A program made the translations under genes and the position numbers. Under the pieces are notes generated by a model, which did no database searches, was not told the origin of the DNA, and saw nothing but the letters and a program-made list of their open reading frames with translations. Shown here piece by piece: positions 10,900 through 22,823 of a DNA stretch of 64,000 bases. Location of the stretch: contig NC_045696.1 in the NCBI RefSeq assembly GCF_009834535.1, positions 80,292,001 to 80,356,000 of the forward strand, read 5' to 3'. Position 1 is the first letter of the stretch. Each line of letters begins with the position of its first letter. This stretch comes from Camelus ferus (taxonomy: Eukaryota).

Positions 10900-12701
10900 A
10901 ATAAAGAAATAATAACTTACTCTGGAAAGTTTATAGGAACTTAATGAACATAGCAATTTTTCAAGTAGTGAAAAATTCAGAGTCCCTTAAATGCTACTGC
11001 TTATTGCTATTCAAAACTTTAAAAATCTTACAGACATTTATTTCAAAACGCCAGATGCCATGTCTTGTCTCTAAATTAGTTATGTTATTTACATCTCACT
11101 GCTTATCTGCTAGATATGTTTACTTGGATTTCCAGTCTCCCTCTTATTCATAATTATGAATGATTAGACACCAACTAAATATTGTACATTTTGGGTATAA
11201 ATCTAAATTTTTCATTTATATTCACATTGCTCCTTTTACAGTCAACTCTTTGCACATTAAATATATTACTTCAAAAATGATTTTTTGTAATCCCATGCAA
11301 TATTAAGTTGTATAACATTTCCTACATGAAGTTATTGGTTTGACTATGGAACCAGTTGAGCCAATTAGGGAAATTATTGCCATGACTGATTTTTCTCCCA
11401 CCGAAAGTAAAGATTATATGCTTAAATAATTGACTATTTATTTTAGGAAAATGGAAACATAATCATAATTAGAATAATTTCTCTAGAGAAATATTTCTGA
11501 AATCCTTCCTAACGCTAAAACTGTTCTATTAGCTTAGTCTAGATGCAGAATTTTAGCAAACTGATTATTTAGTTAATTCGTGGAAGTGCATCTGTATTTT
11601 AAAGAAATACTGATTCATTTAAGCCCTTGGAATATAATTAGGTCATTCAGCATTATTGTCCTAAATAAAACCCAGTAAATCTCAAAGAGGTAATTCAGTT
11701 TCCTGAAACCTTAGAATTTTTGTCTACAAATACATCCTATTTGAGAAGGAAGAAGCAAAAAAAAAAAAAAGAAAGAAAGAAAAGTTTTGACTTCCATCCC
11801 ACAGTTGATTGCTTTAGAGCAGAACAGACCTAATTTTTAATTATTCAATGGTTTCCTCTTTCTTGTAGGTTCATGTCCATGATCTCATCCTAATTCACTC
11901 ACAGGGAATAGTTTCCATAGCAAGGACCATGACTGGCCCTCACTGGAACTCAGAGAATATGTCTAGAGAAAAGGATCTTTAATTTGCCCTCATATACCGT
12001 CACCTTTCTATTGTTTGTAAATTCTTTGTTTCATCATACTCCATAAATTATTTAAGACTCAGGGAAAAGAGGAACTTACATGAGGAAAATTGTTCCTGAA
12101 AGTCCATCATTTGACATTTAGTATGTACCTGGTATGTTCTAAGCTTTAGAGATTCATAAATCAAGGATTTTATCCTTAGTGACCCACGGTCACATGTGTG
12201 TTATGTTCTAGCTGGTAATATCTTAAAATTATGATGTAAACATCTCCAGTTGACACTGGATCAAATTGTTCTTCAGCATTCAAGGGACTGTGCCTCTCCC
12301 TGTATTGTGTGTTTGGCTCAAAATGAATTCAAAATGGGCTGTTCCCACACAAACCAGTCAAATGTGTAGATGTAGTTAGTGTGGCTGCTGGTGTATTCTT
12401 CATTAATGTAAGGAAAGGAATTGGTTTCAGTTACAAGCTATGTTTCCATGCCTCAGGTTATCTAGACTTGAGGTTTCTATCACCACAGCTTACTCTGTGT
12501 CATGACATCAAGGGTTGATCATTTTCATCGTAGGAGGTGACTACTGTATGAGAAAACTTTTGAATAATTGCTTTTAGGAGAACACTCATTTATAATTATT
12601 CAAAATTGTAAGTTCTGTGGCAGTGAAATTTAGAAACATTTCTAGAGTCAGGCCAGAGCTTGGAAACGTATTTCTTTATAATCAACTTTTATACCAATAA
12701 A
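10900..12701 (+). terminator. GHSR: Candidate GHSR1a polyadenylation signals
   Basis: AATAAA at 10900-10905, 11664-11669 and 12696-12701. Which one is used cannot be determined from sequence. Confidence 0.35.
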
Positions 12702-15365
12702 GGTTGTTGTGAAGGCATTTGACTGGAAATTCCAGCCTTTTCACTCTAATGCTTTTATTAAAAACCTGAAACCATCACAATTTACAATTATTAGTTTAAC
12801 ATTGACAATTTTAGCTATGATTTTTTTTTTGCTGTTTTTCATTATTGACATACTTGAATTTAACATTAAAAAAAAACTGTGAGACTTTTTGCAAGACTGG
12901 TGCCTCAAATTATTCCCGTCTTTTAAAAAACAGTGTGTACATCTTTAAAATGAGACACACACACATATATATCAGAATTTCTTGTCACAGTGTCTAAGTA
13001 ATAGAATAGAGTTTTCTGCTCTCAGAAATGCTGTATCTAATGCAAATAACGTCTTTAAAAGGTAAAGATAACGTCATTCACAGTTCATTATCAAATGATT
13101 CTCCTATTATTGCTTTGCAATTTAAATTACAACACTAGCTTGGATATATCCCATTGGAATTTAATTACATGATCAGTGACTGATGTTAATTTACTGAATT
13201 GATAATGCAAATATTTTTTATCCAGAGAATGACTTGCATGTCAAAATCAACAGAAAGCAATGTGCTGGTGGCAAACGCTAACTGCTCTAAGCTCACGTCA
13301 TTTATTTATTCACATTAAACGAATTCGGTCGTGTTCATTCTTGACAATAATCTGTTTAACAGGTGATGGGAGAGGTTTGGATGAAGCTCGTTTTGTGTTT
13401 TTCCTTTTGAATGCAAACTCTTGCAGGGGGTTGGAGTTTAGCCTTTTTGGTTGAATTATCATCAGCCTTTAAAAAACAAAAGTTGCCATGCCTATGCCCC
13501 TCCCAATTTCCTGGATATTTCCTGGGATTCCAACTAATAATATATGCTGTGACCCATGCCCTTTGCTCAAGGGACTACCAGCTACCCTCAAACTGGCAAA
13601 CCATTAAGGCCCGCGAAAAGCACGCCTCACATAAACACTCAAAGCAGTCTGCAAAAAGGTTTACAGATGTTCTTTCCAGAAGAACTGCTCTGCTTCCCAG
13701 CCCCTGAGAACGTATTTGGGAAGAATAATTTGAAAGATTTTCTGTGATTACAGTATCTCAAGTCTGAACATTTCTCTGGCTCCAATGACAAAAATACTTG
13801 TACTTTTCACTTTTAACTCTATAGGTTTAGGGTTCTAATGAGCACTTGCTCACATAAATATATTTAAACAGCATGACCTCCTGGGTCACTGATACTTGCT
13901 GTATTCTAGGTTTGTGTAGAATTTACAACTTGGTCGGTTTGTGTTGCTTCAGTATGTCATAAATGTCACTAATGATATTTTGTTCTGTGTTTCTTTTTAT
14001 TTAAGTTTTCTGTGGATGTTAGAAGTTTGCTACAGCTCTCATGTACCTGTCTTATGAAATTAGACGTTGGTTTTCCTTCCTTGGGTTGTCCTTCACCAAA
14101 CAGTTGCTTAATAAATATCTTTTTAAAGCTACAGCTGATTTCTTCCACTTACAGCGATAAATCTTGGTGTCTGGGTTATTTTACCTCTACTTTTCTCCTG
14201 GATTCAGTCCGATTTTGTCCTTTTAATTTCTGAGATATGTATTTTGCAACTATGAGGAGGTGTTGGTTGTAGTGAGTTTTATTTCCCCTGGGGCTTTAAC
14301 ATTTAATAATGAGTTAAGCAATTCCTGTAAGTATTAGGAAGTGAGGGGACCCTGGGATGCAGTGTCATCCCCACGTTCCCCCCCAGCTTTCTGTCGTTCT
14401 CTGTCACCCCCAGAGCCAATGGTGTTGCAGCCTCCGTGGTATTACACTAACGTGTGACCCCATGACTGTAAGTTCTTTGTATCAAGGGAAATATTCCTGT
14501 TCATCTTGTGCTCAGCAGCCACTCACTGAACATTGGTTGGACAAATGAAGGTTTAAAGACTAGCTTATGTGTCACCTGGACATTGGCTTCCAGACATACG
14601 GATTCTGGGGGCCAATAAAATTTAAAGCTAAAATTAGAAGACCAATAAAGGCAGCCAACTTTTATTTGCTAATTAAAAGACTAAAATATCTACTACCTAT
14701 TAGTACCCTCACTACAACTTTAAAAGAACATTAAACTAAAAAGAAAAAAGTAGAAAGGATATAATCTCAGAATAAAGGATCATCACAGTGTGAAAAGTCA
14801 ACGTATTTGACAGCCCACAAAATTATATATGTATGCTGTTAATATGAATTAATTACAATGTGGAAGTAGTATCTAAAAAATGTATCAACAGTACTTGGCA
14901 ATAGTGAGTAACACACTAGGGTAATCCAGAGAAGCACATCATGGGCTTTGTTCTAATTGGTCTGCTAAGGCTTGCCCCACTGTCTTCTGATCCCCTCTGT
15001 CTACTGCTGTGTCAGTTCAGTGCCATTCAGTGCCAGTCACATTCTTTGGGGCAGAGCCTGGGCCTGACCCTAAGGTGAGAGAGGAGAGGCCAGCGGTCCT
15101 GCCCAGGACCAGGCCAACCTACAAATGCTGGTTGCTTCTTGCTTCCCAGTTCATGACTCATAATTCATCACTGGCTCCAGATTTCATAGCCAGCTTTTCA
15201 AGGAGCCATCAGATTAATTATAAATCATTACACATCTCCTGAAGAATAGTTTGACAGCACATGTCAAATGTGTGCAAACTTTGCATACCTTTGGATCTGG
15301 TAATTACACATGAAGACATAATTATGGAGGAACAAAAAGATTTGTATGTAATTTGTTCATCGCAT

Positions 15366-15537
15366 TTTTTTTAAATTGAAGTCTAGTCGGTTTACAATGT
15401 TGTGTTAATTTCTGGTGTACAGCATAGTGATTCATTTATACATATATATATTCTTTTCATATTCTTTTTCATTATAGGCTATTACAAAGTATTGTTCCCT
15501 GTGCTATAGAGTAGGACCTTGTTGTTTATCTATTTTA
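15366..15537 (-). mobile_element. Short LINE-1 3' tail
   Basis: Poly(T) then aattgaagtctagtcggtttacaatgttgtgttaatttctggtgtacagc, the same tail type as at 2966 and 48040. Confidence 0.85.
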
Positions 15538-16562
15538 CATTGCATCTCATTTATAGTTGTGAAAACCTGAAAACCCAAAAGGCAGAGAATAGGGAATTGA
15601 TAAAATAAGTTCCAGAAATGATAACAGTTAGCATATACGCAGCACTGTGGTTAAGAATGTGTGATTCCTTTTCTCATATAAGCACCCCAACACGCCTAGG
15701 GGGAAATTCTGTTATTATCCCTGTTGGGGTGGAGGGGAACCTGAGACTAGAGTTTTGTCTCATGGTCAAGAAATGGCAGAGCCGGAATTTGACTCCAGAC
15801 CAGTTAGGTTTTGTTGCTCTTATTTTTGCTTTTCTAGAGCACTATGCAGCCATTATAAAGGTTATTGTAGGAGAATTTTAATAATGTGGGGAAATATTTA
15901 CCCAATATTAGTAAGTGGAAACAAGCATATTGTCCCCTCTTGCAAAGGAAAAAAAAATACATGTTTCACAGAGCAAGAAGACCGAAAAGATACAGCATAC
16001 TAAAGGACTGATCGTATTTCTCTGGTTCATGGAAATATTTTCTTCTTTCTATTTTTCTGTAGTTTCTAATATTTCTACAAAGAGTGTATATTCCTCTTGT
16101 AATGATGGCAGATGGTGAACTCAGCTACTACCACTCAGAGATTGGCTTCCTTCCCAGCCCTGCTCCAGGACTTGTCCTCTGCCCTCTGCCTCTAGCATCT
16201 TGGGTTTGTCCGGCTTCTGTAGGAGCATTGGCCTCAGGGTGGCATCTTCCTTACCCAGCACTAACTCTGACCCCTGGGCTTGTACACCAGCCCCTCAGCA
16301 GATACCCTTGCAGGTTGCTTCAAAAAGGAAATAAGAAGTTGGGAATTGTCTTAGCTCATTGACACCACGTGGAAAAGGTCACTTGGAGCTGCACATGCTC
16401 TTTACCCCCTTGTATCACAGTGGGAGCAGCACCCTCCTAAACAAAGCCATTTCCTCCTCCCCTCTCTCTCCTGAAGCTTCATCCTCCCCCTCTTTGCTGG
16501 CATCTACCATCAGCACTTAAGCTTGCTCTGGACTTTCCACCATAAAAAGTCTTAACTCCTGC

Positions 16563-16872
16563 TGTGGACTGAATTGTGTTCTCTCCAAATTTGTATGTCA
16601 AATCCCTAACCCACAACGTGATGGTATTTGGAGCTGTGGCTGTGATGATGGTGTTAGTGCCAGTATAAGAAGAGACACCAGAGAGCTGTTCTCTCTCTCC
16701 CACCATGTGAGGACACGGAGATAAGGCTGTCATCTACAAGCCAGGAAGATCGCCAGCCACGCTGGTACTTTGATCTTGGACTTCCAGCTTCCGCAACTGT
16801 GAGAAATAAGTTTCTGTGGTATAAGCCACCCAGTCTATGGTATTTCGTTATCCAGTGTGAGCAGACTACGAC
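16563..16872 (+). mobile_element. MaLR solo LTR (MLT1A/B-like)
   Basis: tgtggactgaattgtgtt...gtgatggtatttggag...gacttccagcttcc...gagaaataagtttctg...aagccacccagtctatggtattt...gaca. Confidence 0.88.
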
Positions 16873-16984
16873 AACCTCACAGTGCCCTCCAGCTGCCGTC
16901 CTAGCTCTCTCCTCCCCTTTACAGCTAAAGCTGTTGAAATATGCACTCTCTGATTTTCCTCATTTCATGCATTTATTAACCCAT

Positions 16985-17620
16985 TGACAGCACAGGATGA
17001 TAACAGTACTGAATAAAGAAAGTTTAAGTAAGGTCACAAGGCCAGCATGGTGCCAGGATTGACTTGGTCTGTCCAATGGGGAAAACAAATGTTAAACAAA
17101 TAACTGCTTAATAATTGCTTAACCCTAATAGAGTTGTGAGCTCTGGTGGGGGAGTCCCAGGATCAGAGGGGATCCTGTGAGAGCCCCGTGCATTTTTTCA
17201 GCCTGGTCTAGGGCATGAGACTAATAACAGATCCTGGGGTAATGACATTTATCCCATAATATGAAGGTAAGTGGAAGCTGATCAGATTTCCAAAGCGGAT
17301 AGTACAACCCCAAGCACAACAGGAGCATGGAGAAGGTCTGAGTTGGGCAGGAGTGTGCCATAACTGAGGGGGGAAAGGTCACAGGGCTGGAGCAGAGTGG
17401 CTAAGTGGACACTGCCCAAGTGACAGGGCCCCCAGGGCCGCGCCAGGGGCTTGACCATTACCCTAAGATCAGTGCAGAGCCAGTGAAGGGTTTGGAGTGG
17501 GAGCGTGATGGGCAGCATTTGCTTTTAGAGAGGACCACTCTGTCTGCTGGTGGAGTGGGCTTGAAGGGGATGGAGTGAATATCAGGAAACATCGCTTCAA
17601 CAATAATTAAGCACTTCTCA
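16985..17620 (-). mobile_element. L2 fragment
   Basis: Degenerate antisense L2-like text (gggccccagggcc...tgaagggtttggagtgggagcgtgatg...ttttagagaggaccactctgtctgct). Confidence 0.6.
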
Positions 17621-18076
17621 AAGGAAGAAACTCTTCGGGACAACGTGCAGTATGTCTTCCACACATGTTGAGATCAGCGGATCAGTGCGTGGACTCTGCT
17701 TGCCTGTGCTCGCCCACACGAGGCCGCAGTGTGATGAGGACAGAGTCCCAGCATCGCTGAAGACAGACTATCAGGAAGAAGCTTCCTCTTGACCTCAGGG
17801 CTCTAGGTCTATCTTGCATTGGCATCGATGAGCCTCTGGTTTCCTGGGCCATCCATATTCTGTTCCCACCGAGGCAGCCACCCTGGGAATCAGCACAGCA
17901 GATGGTGGCGCGCAGATTGGAATGGGAAAATGGGAGCATTTTCACTTTGTTTTCAAGGCCTCTGTCAACCAGCAAGAGAACATGAAGCCCTTGAGCCTTA
18001 GCTGGCTTGAAATTCTGCATCAATTAGGAGCCCAAAACAAGATGTCGGAATGTCATATTTATTCATGGGGAGTATT

Positions 18077-18188
18077 TCTGTTCCTTCCTTCCTTTCTCCT
18101 TTCTTCCCTTTTTCTCTTCTTTCTTCCTTTTTTCTTTTCCTTTCTTCCCTCCCTCTTTTCTCTTCCTTCCTCTTTCTTTCTTTCTTTC

Positions 18189-18239
<51 letters not shown>

Positions 18240-18277
18240 TCCTTCCTTCCTTCCTTCCTTCCTTCCTTCCTTCCTCC

Positions 18278-18328
<51 letters not shown>

Positions 18329-18385
18329 TTCTTCCTTCCTTCTTTCCTTCCTTCCTTCCTTCCTTCCTTCCTTCCTTCCTTCCTT
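18077..18385. repeat. Compound (CTTT)n/(CCTT)n pyrimidine microsatellite
   Basis: About 300 nt almost purely C/T on +, in alternating tetranucleotide blocks. Confidence 0.97.
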
Positions 18386-20224
18386 GTTCTTTCTAGCAAA
18401 AGATGGGGCCAGGCATCCTTCAGGCTATGGACTGGTACAAAATCACACAATATTCTCCCTTTACCCCTTCATCTCAGTGGGCAAGTACTCCCCATTTCCT
18501 GAAGAATGGAGTCTAGAATTTTATGCTGGGATTCAAGGCCCTGCCCAGTCAGATCTGCTCAAGCTGTCTGCTGTGTCTTCCTTGCTGCCTGCATGCCCCT
18601 GAATTGCAATCTGAACTATTATTTTAGTCCCTGCTTAGGCTCTGCATTTCCTTGTTTCTGTTCTTTCATTCAACATTTATTGAGCACCTACTATATACCT
18701 AGACAATAGGAATAAAGTAGTGAGCAAAGCAAAGTTCTTGCTTCAAGGAGTTCACATTCTGATGAGATAGGTCATAAACATCATTTGATCATCTTAATTT
18801 TTGTGTATGTCTGAAAACAAATTTTATTTCACTGTAAATTGTACCATTTGAGAAACCACCACAGTGAACATTCTGGCCATTTTTCTAGACATTTCTCTCT
18901 CTATATACATTGCAGCAGCACCAGTGAGGGGCCTTTTTCAAGGTAGAGAGTAAGTATCCCTGGTCTTTCCCCTCTCGTTGTGTTTGCCACACAGAGGGGG
19001 CTGTTTACAGGTCTGGCTCCACCACTAGAAGGTAAAGCTGCACGATCAGGGCTTTTCCTTCCTAACTTCTTCTCTGTACTTAAAACAGTGCTTGACACAA
19101 GGAAACTGCTCCATATATATTTGTGGAATGTTTGAGGGAGCATATACCAATTAAACCATAATTTTTAAACTGGGTAGTAGTGCTAGAAACATCTCTGTTG
19201 AGGTCTGTGTGGCACAGTCTTGCCAAAGACTGACTGACTTGTGAGGCCTCGTCGTGATTATTAGACGCTAAATCTCATACAGAAACAAGTCTCCAGTTTC
19301 ATCTCTTAATTAAAAATCAGCATTGCTACCAACGTCATCCTTTTCACAGTGCTTTCACACTCCCTCTCTCATCGGTCCCACAGTGGCCCTGCCAAGCAGG
19401 AGCCCTCCTTACAATGAGCGTGAAGCCCAGCACGGTTCTCTCAGCTGATGTGGCCTGCTGAAAGTGGTGCAGGTGGGCTGCAGAGGAGCCAGAACTAGAA
19501 TCTGGTTAGTGCCTGATGGCTATAAAAGATGCTCGTCATCTGGGCATCAGGTTTATTGACCCTGAAGGCTAAGCAGGGTTCTCAAGAGAAAAACGTCGAG
19601 GCTCTACCCTACAGGGGCAAAGTCCAAGGAGAAGAGATCCAGAGGCCAGGAGAGAGACTTGAAGTCACTCTGCCATATCATCTTCCCTTCATTCCCTGAA
19701 ACCCCTCTTCTGTCCACCAGGAAGGCAGAGAAAGATGCTTCAGTTATGCAGTGATGTGTTCCAATTAAAAATGCACTCAAATTCATAAATGATGATGTAT
19801 ACTTCCATCCAAAACCCTGGGTTAGGTGCTGTGAGAAACCAGAAGGTAAGTGGGGCATTGTCTGCCGTAGTGGATAATTGTATGAACAAAAAGAATTACT
19901 CTGGTAAGTGTTACTCATGCATTCATTTATAAACTTTCTTATTCAACGAATGGTTACGAAGTGCCCACTGTGCTCCAGGCAATGTGCCGGGTACTAGGGG
20001 TACCGTGGTGAAGGACAGAATTTGTACTCTTGTGGTCCTTCCATTTTATTGAGGAAGAATCAGGATAGATGAACATTTATATGGCTTAAGGAATTTGTCC
20101 AAATATCAGCCAGTGATGGCCGAGCAGGATTCAAGTTTCAGAAGTATGACTCTAGATCCTTGCTCTTAGGCACCATCTTGTTCTACCTAAACCCTCAAAT
20201 GCCTGAAACAGGAAAGCTGGCAAA

Positions 20225-20730
20225 TGGTCAGACCATCAAGATGGCTGTTCTCTCCCTCTCAGTGCATCCCCTGCTTGACCAGCCCCTGCTTCACTCACAT
20301 GACTATCCAGTCCTCTTAATTAGAGGGCTCAATTAGTAACTGCCTACATGCTTGCCCTTTGCCCCAGCTGCTGGTTTCCCTGGTAACTGATGAGCCCACC
20401 TGACATCAATTCCCCCTATAAATGGTACCCTCCTCCCCCAAGCTGCAAAGCCTGCTGCTTGCCCCGCCTCCTGCCTCCTGCCTCCTGCCTCCTGCCTCCT
20501 GCCTCCTGCCTCCTGCCTCCTGCCTCCTGCCTCCTGCCTCCTGCCTCCTGCCTCCTGCCTCCTGCCTCCTGCCCATGGTGGGGTTGTCATTCCAGGACCT
20601 TTGGCTTCAGACGTGTAAGATCCCCTGTCTGATAAACCGTTGATGTTTTTGCTGCCGTCTCTGGGCTCGTTCTTTGGTCTCCAGGCTGGGCAGCCACAAG
20701 GCTTGCAGGCCTGTGGGAGGCAGCCCAACA
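20225..20730 (+). mobile_element. 5' LTR
   Basis: TG...CA ends. TATAAAT at 20417-20423. PAS position reads GATAAA (20631-20636). Aligns with 22405-22823. Confidence 0.9.
20466..20570. repeat. Perfect heptamer array (GCCTCCT)15 inside the 5' LTR
   Basis: 15 exact copies; absent from the 3' LTR. Confidence 0.97.
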
Positions 20731-20732
20731 AC

Positions 20733-20750
20733 TGACACGCCAGCCAGGAG
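20733..20750 (+). other. Primer-binding site, probably tRNA-Arg(ACG)
   Basis: TGACACGCCAGCCAGGAG vs TGGCGAGCCAGCCAGGAG (15/18), 2 nt after the LTR end. Confidence 0.7.
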
Positions 20751-20879
20751 GCTAAGGAAACTCCCGTGAGCACAGAGATGCTGGGAAATAAGGATGGGGA
20801 ACAGAAAGTTGCAGAGATAATCCCGGGGTGGCCGTCCACTGGCACATGGAGCCCGGCAGCAGCTGGTCACCATGAGACC

Positions 20880-21530
20880 TGTCTTTCTCGTCCACTATAC
20901 TGATGATATCCTGTTAACTTCACGGTCTCTTTCCAGTTTAAAAGGAGCAGCCCCATACTCCTGGCTCATTTGACTGCCAGGGATAGCTGGTGAATGCAGG
21001 CAAAATGCAAGGACTTGATTATCTGCAAAACACAAGCATACCTGAGGGTATGCTACGCTCCCTACCACCTCTAAATAATTATAGGCACATGCTTTAGGGA
21101 TATGAACTCTGGGACAGACTTGGGACTTGGACAGGACCAGTTACCCAGAAGGGTTTGGTTGGAGCCTATGGCAACAGCAAAATAATAAGAGTAGCCTTGG
21201 GCTTCTGGTCCGAGCTGTGGAAGGGGGCAGAGCAACGGTATAGCGTGATGGAGCAGCAGCTGCGTGCGGGCTACATTGTGGTACAACAGGTGGAGGTCAT
21301 CACACGGCCGACCCGAGTCGTCAAGCAACGCAACCAGTACTCGGGGTCCAGAACAGCTGTGTGCGACACAGGGACCCCCATGGGCATCAACAGTGACCGA
21401 GGACCCCACTTTCCTGGCCATGGAGTTTAGGATTGGGCCGATGAAATACACACACCAGCATTTCCACCTGCCTTACACCCCCACTGCTGCTGGGCTAATC
21501 AAGGGGATGAACGAGCTACTTTAACAAGAA
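20880..21530 (+). pseudogene. Degenerate, internally deleted pol (RT YxDD, tether region, integrase core)
   Basis: LVHYTDDILLT at ~20887-20919. GFGWSLWQQ / ALGFWSELWKGAEQRYSVMEQQL. INSDRGPHF and HFHLPYTPTAAGLIKGMNELL. Multiple frameshifts and stops. Confidence 0.88.
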
Positions 21531-21999
21531 GCGAGATGAGAGACGTGCTGTCTCAACACGTGTGCACACCCCGGGAGCAGTCGTCCCAGTGCCTACGCCG
21601 TGTTAGCCCAGAGGCAACCAGACATCACTGTCTGAGTTCAACTGCTGACCACTGAGGGACCGATCTGTCAGGACAACAGCTCACTTTTGCCCTGGCCACA
21701 GGATCTAGCCCCAGGAACTCATTATAAAATGGCCCTGGGACTGGCAGGTAAGGCCCTGGTGGTGTGGGTTTGCCTCCTTGTGGGGGATAGGAGTAGAAAG
21801 GGGCCGAGAGGTTTCGCCTGTCTTCTACCCAGCCCCACCTAAAAGGCTGCTAAGGTAATTAATCCGGGCCTCCTACTGAAGACAGGCCCAATGTATCAAC
21901 CCTGCGGTCTGTTGTTACACCGCCTCTCCAGCATTCGCACTGGCTGTGGGAGCCGAGGTGGGCCAGTGAAATGGCCCTGCTGGCCAGGATGCAGACCTC

Positions 22000-22330
22000 A
22001 GGCAGGGGTGGTGTTATCTCAGTGCTGTTCCTGCTTGTATTTTGCCTAACGGTCATGCTCTTCCTGTATCACGCCTGTCAGACAGCTTAACATTAATTCA
22101 TTCCTAGTCTGAGGGGAGGAAATGTGTCGGCGGACTGGGCACAGTCAGGGAAGTGGGTCTGATTGCTGGGTCTCCAGTGAGATGCTGTTGTCTCCTCTGA
22201 GCTTCCATGAAAAACTGGCCCTGTGAGTTCCTGGGTCCAAAGTTTACCCACCTCTTGGACTCCTGACACCCTTCAGCTGCTGTTGTCTGTCTGCTGCATT
22301 TGTGGTGTGTGGTTGCAGTGCCCCTCTACA
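22000..22330 (+). pseudogene. Possible env remnant (signal peptide, SU CWxC region, TM anchor)
   Basis: Hydrophobic VISVLFLLVFCLTV, then NVSADWAQ...SDCWVSSEM (22121-22184), then WVQSLPTSW...LLLSVCCICGVW just before the PPT. Confidence 0.55.
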
Positions 22331-22404
22331 CGCCCGCCCCACGGATTCTGCAGAAGAGGGGTGGGCCAAGATCGTAGGGGCCCTGCAGGTACATTGGGGT
22401 GGAG

Positions 22405-22823
22405 TGTGTGGTCAAGATGGCTGTTCTCTTGTTTTCTGTACCTCGCCTACTCGACCAGGCCTGCTTCACTCACATGACTATCCAATCCTCTTAATTATAG
22501 GGTTTAATTAGTAACGGCCTATGTGCTTGACCCTACCCCGCCCCAGCCACTGGTTTCCCTGGTAACTGACAAGCCCACCTGATGTCAATTCCCCCTATAA
22601 ATAGAAGCCGCCTTCTCCCCCGAGGAGCAAAGACTGCTGCTGTGTCCTGCCTGCTGGTTGGCCGTCTATGCTGCGGGTGTCACTCCAGGGACTTTTGCTT
22701 CAGATATGTAAGATCCCCTGTCCAATAAACCACTGATGTCTCTCACTGCACCCAGGCTCACTCTTCGGTCTCAAGGCTGGACAACTACAAGGCTTGCAGA
22801 CGTCTGTGGGATGCAGCCCCAAA
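22405..22823 (+). mobile_element. 3' LTR
   Basis: Starts TG after the PPT. TATAAATA at 22596-22603 and AATAAA at 22724-22729. Confidence 0.9.

Larger units (their letters stand above)
20225..22823 (+). mobile_element. Internally deleted endogenous retrovirus (class III / ERV-L, HERV-S-like pol) with two LTRs
   Basis: Homologous LTRs at both ends, PBS, PPT (GGGGTGGAG 22396-22404), and remnants of RT, RT connection/tether, integrase and env in retroviral order. Confidence 0.92.

Noticed and set aside
17922..18602. 226-aa and 150-aa ORFs rich in F/L/S or K/E/R
   Set aside because: Translations of the CTTT/CCTT microsatellite.
20333..20845. ORFs with GGRRQEA / LLPPASC repeats; CRISPR-like appearance
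   Set aside because: Translations of a spacer-less heptamer tandem repeat in an LTR. Not a gene and not a CRISPR array.
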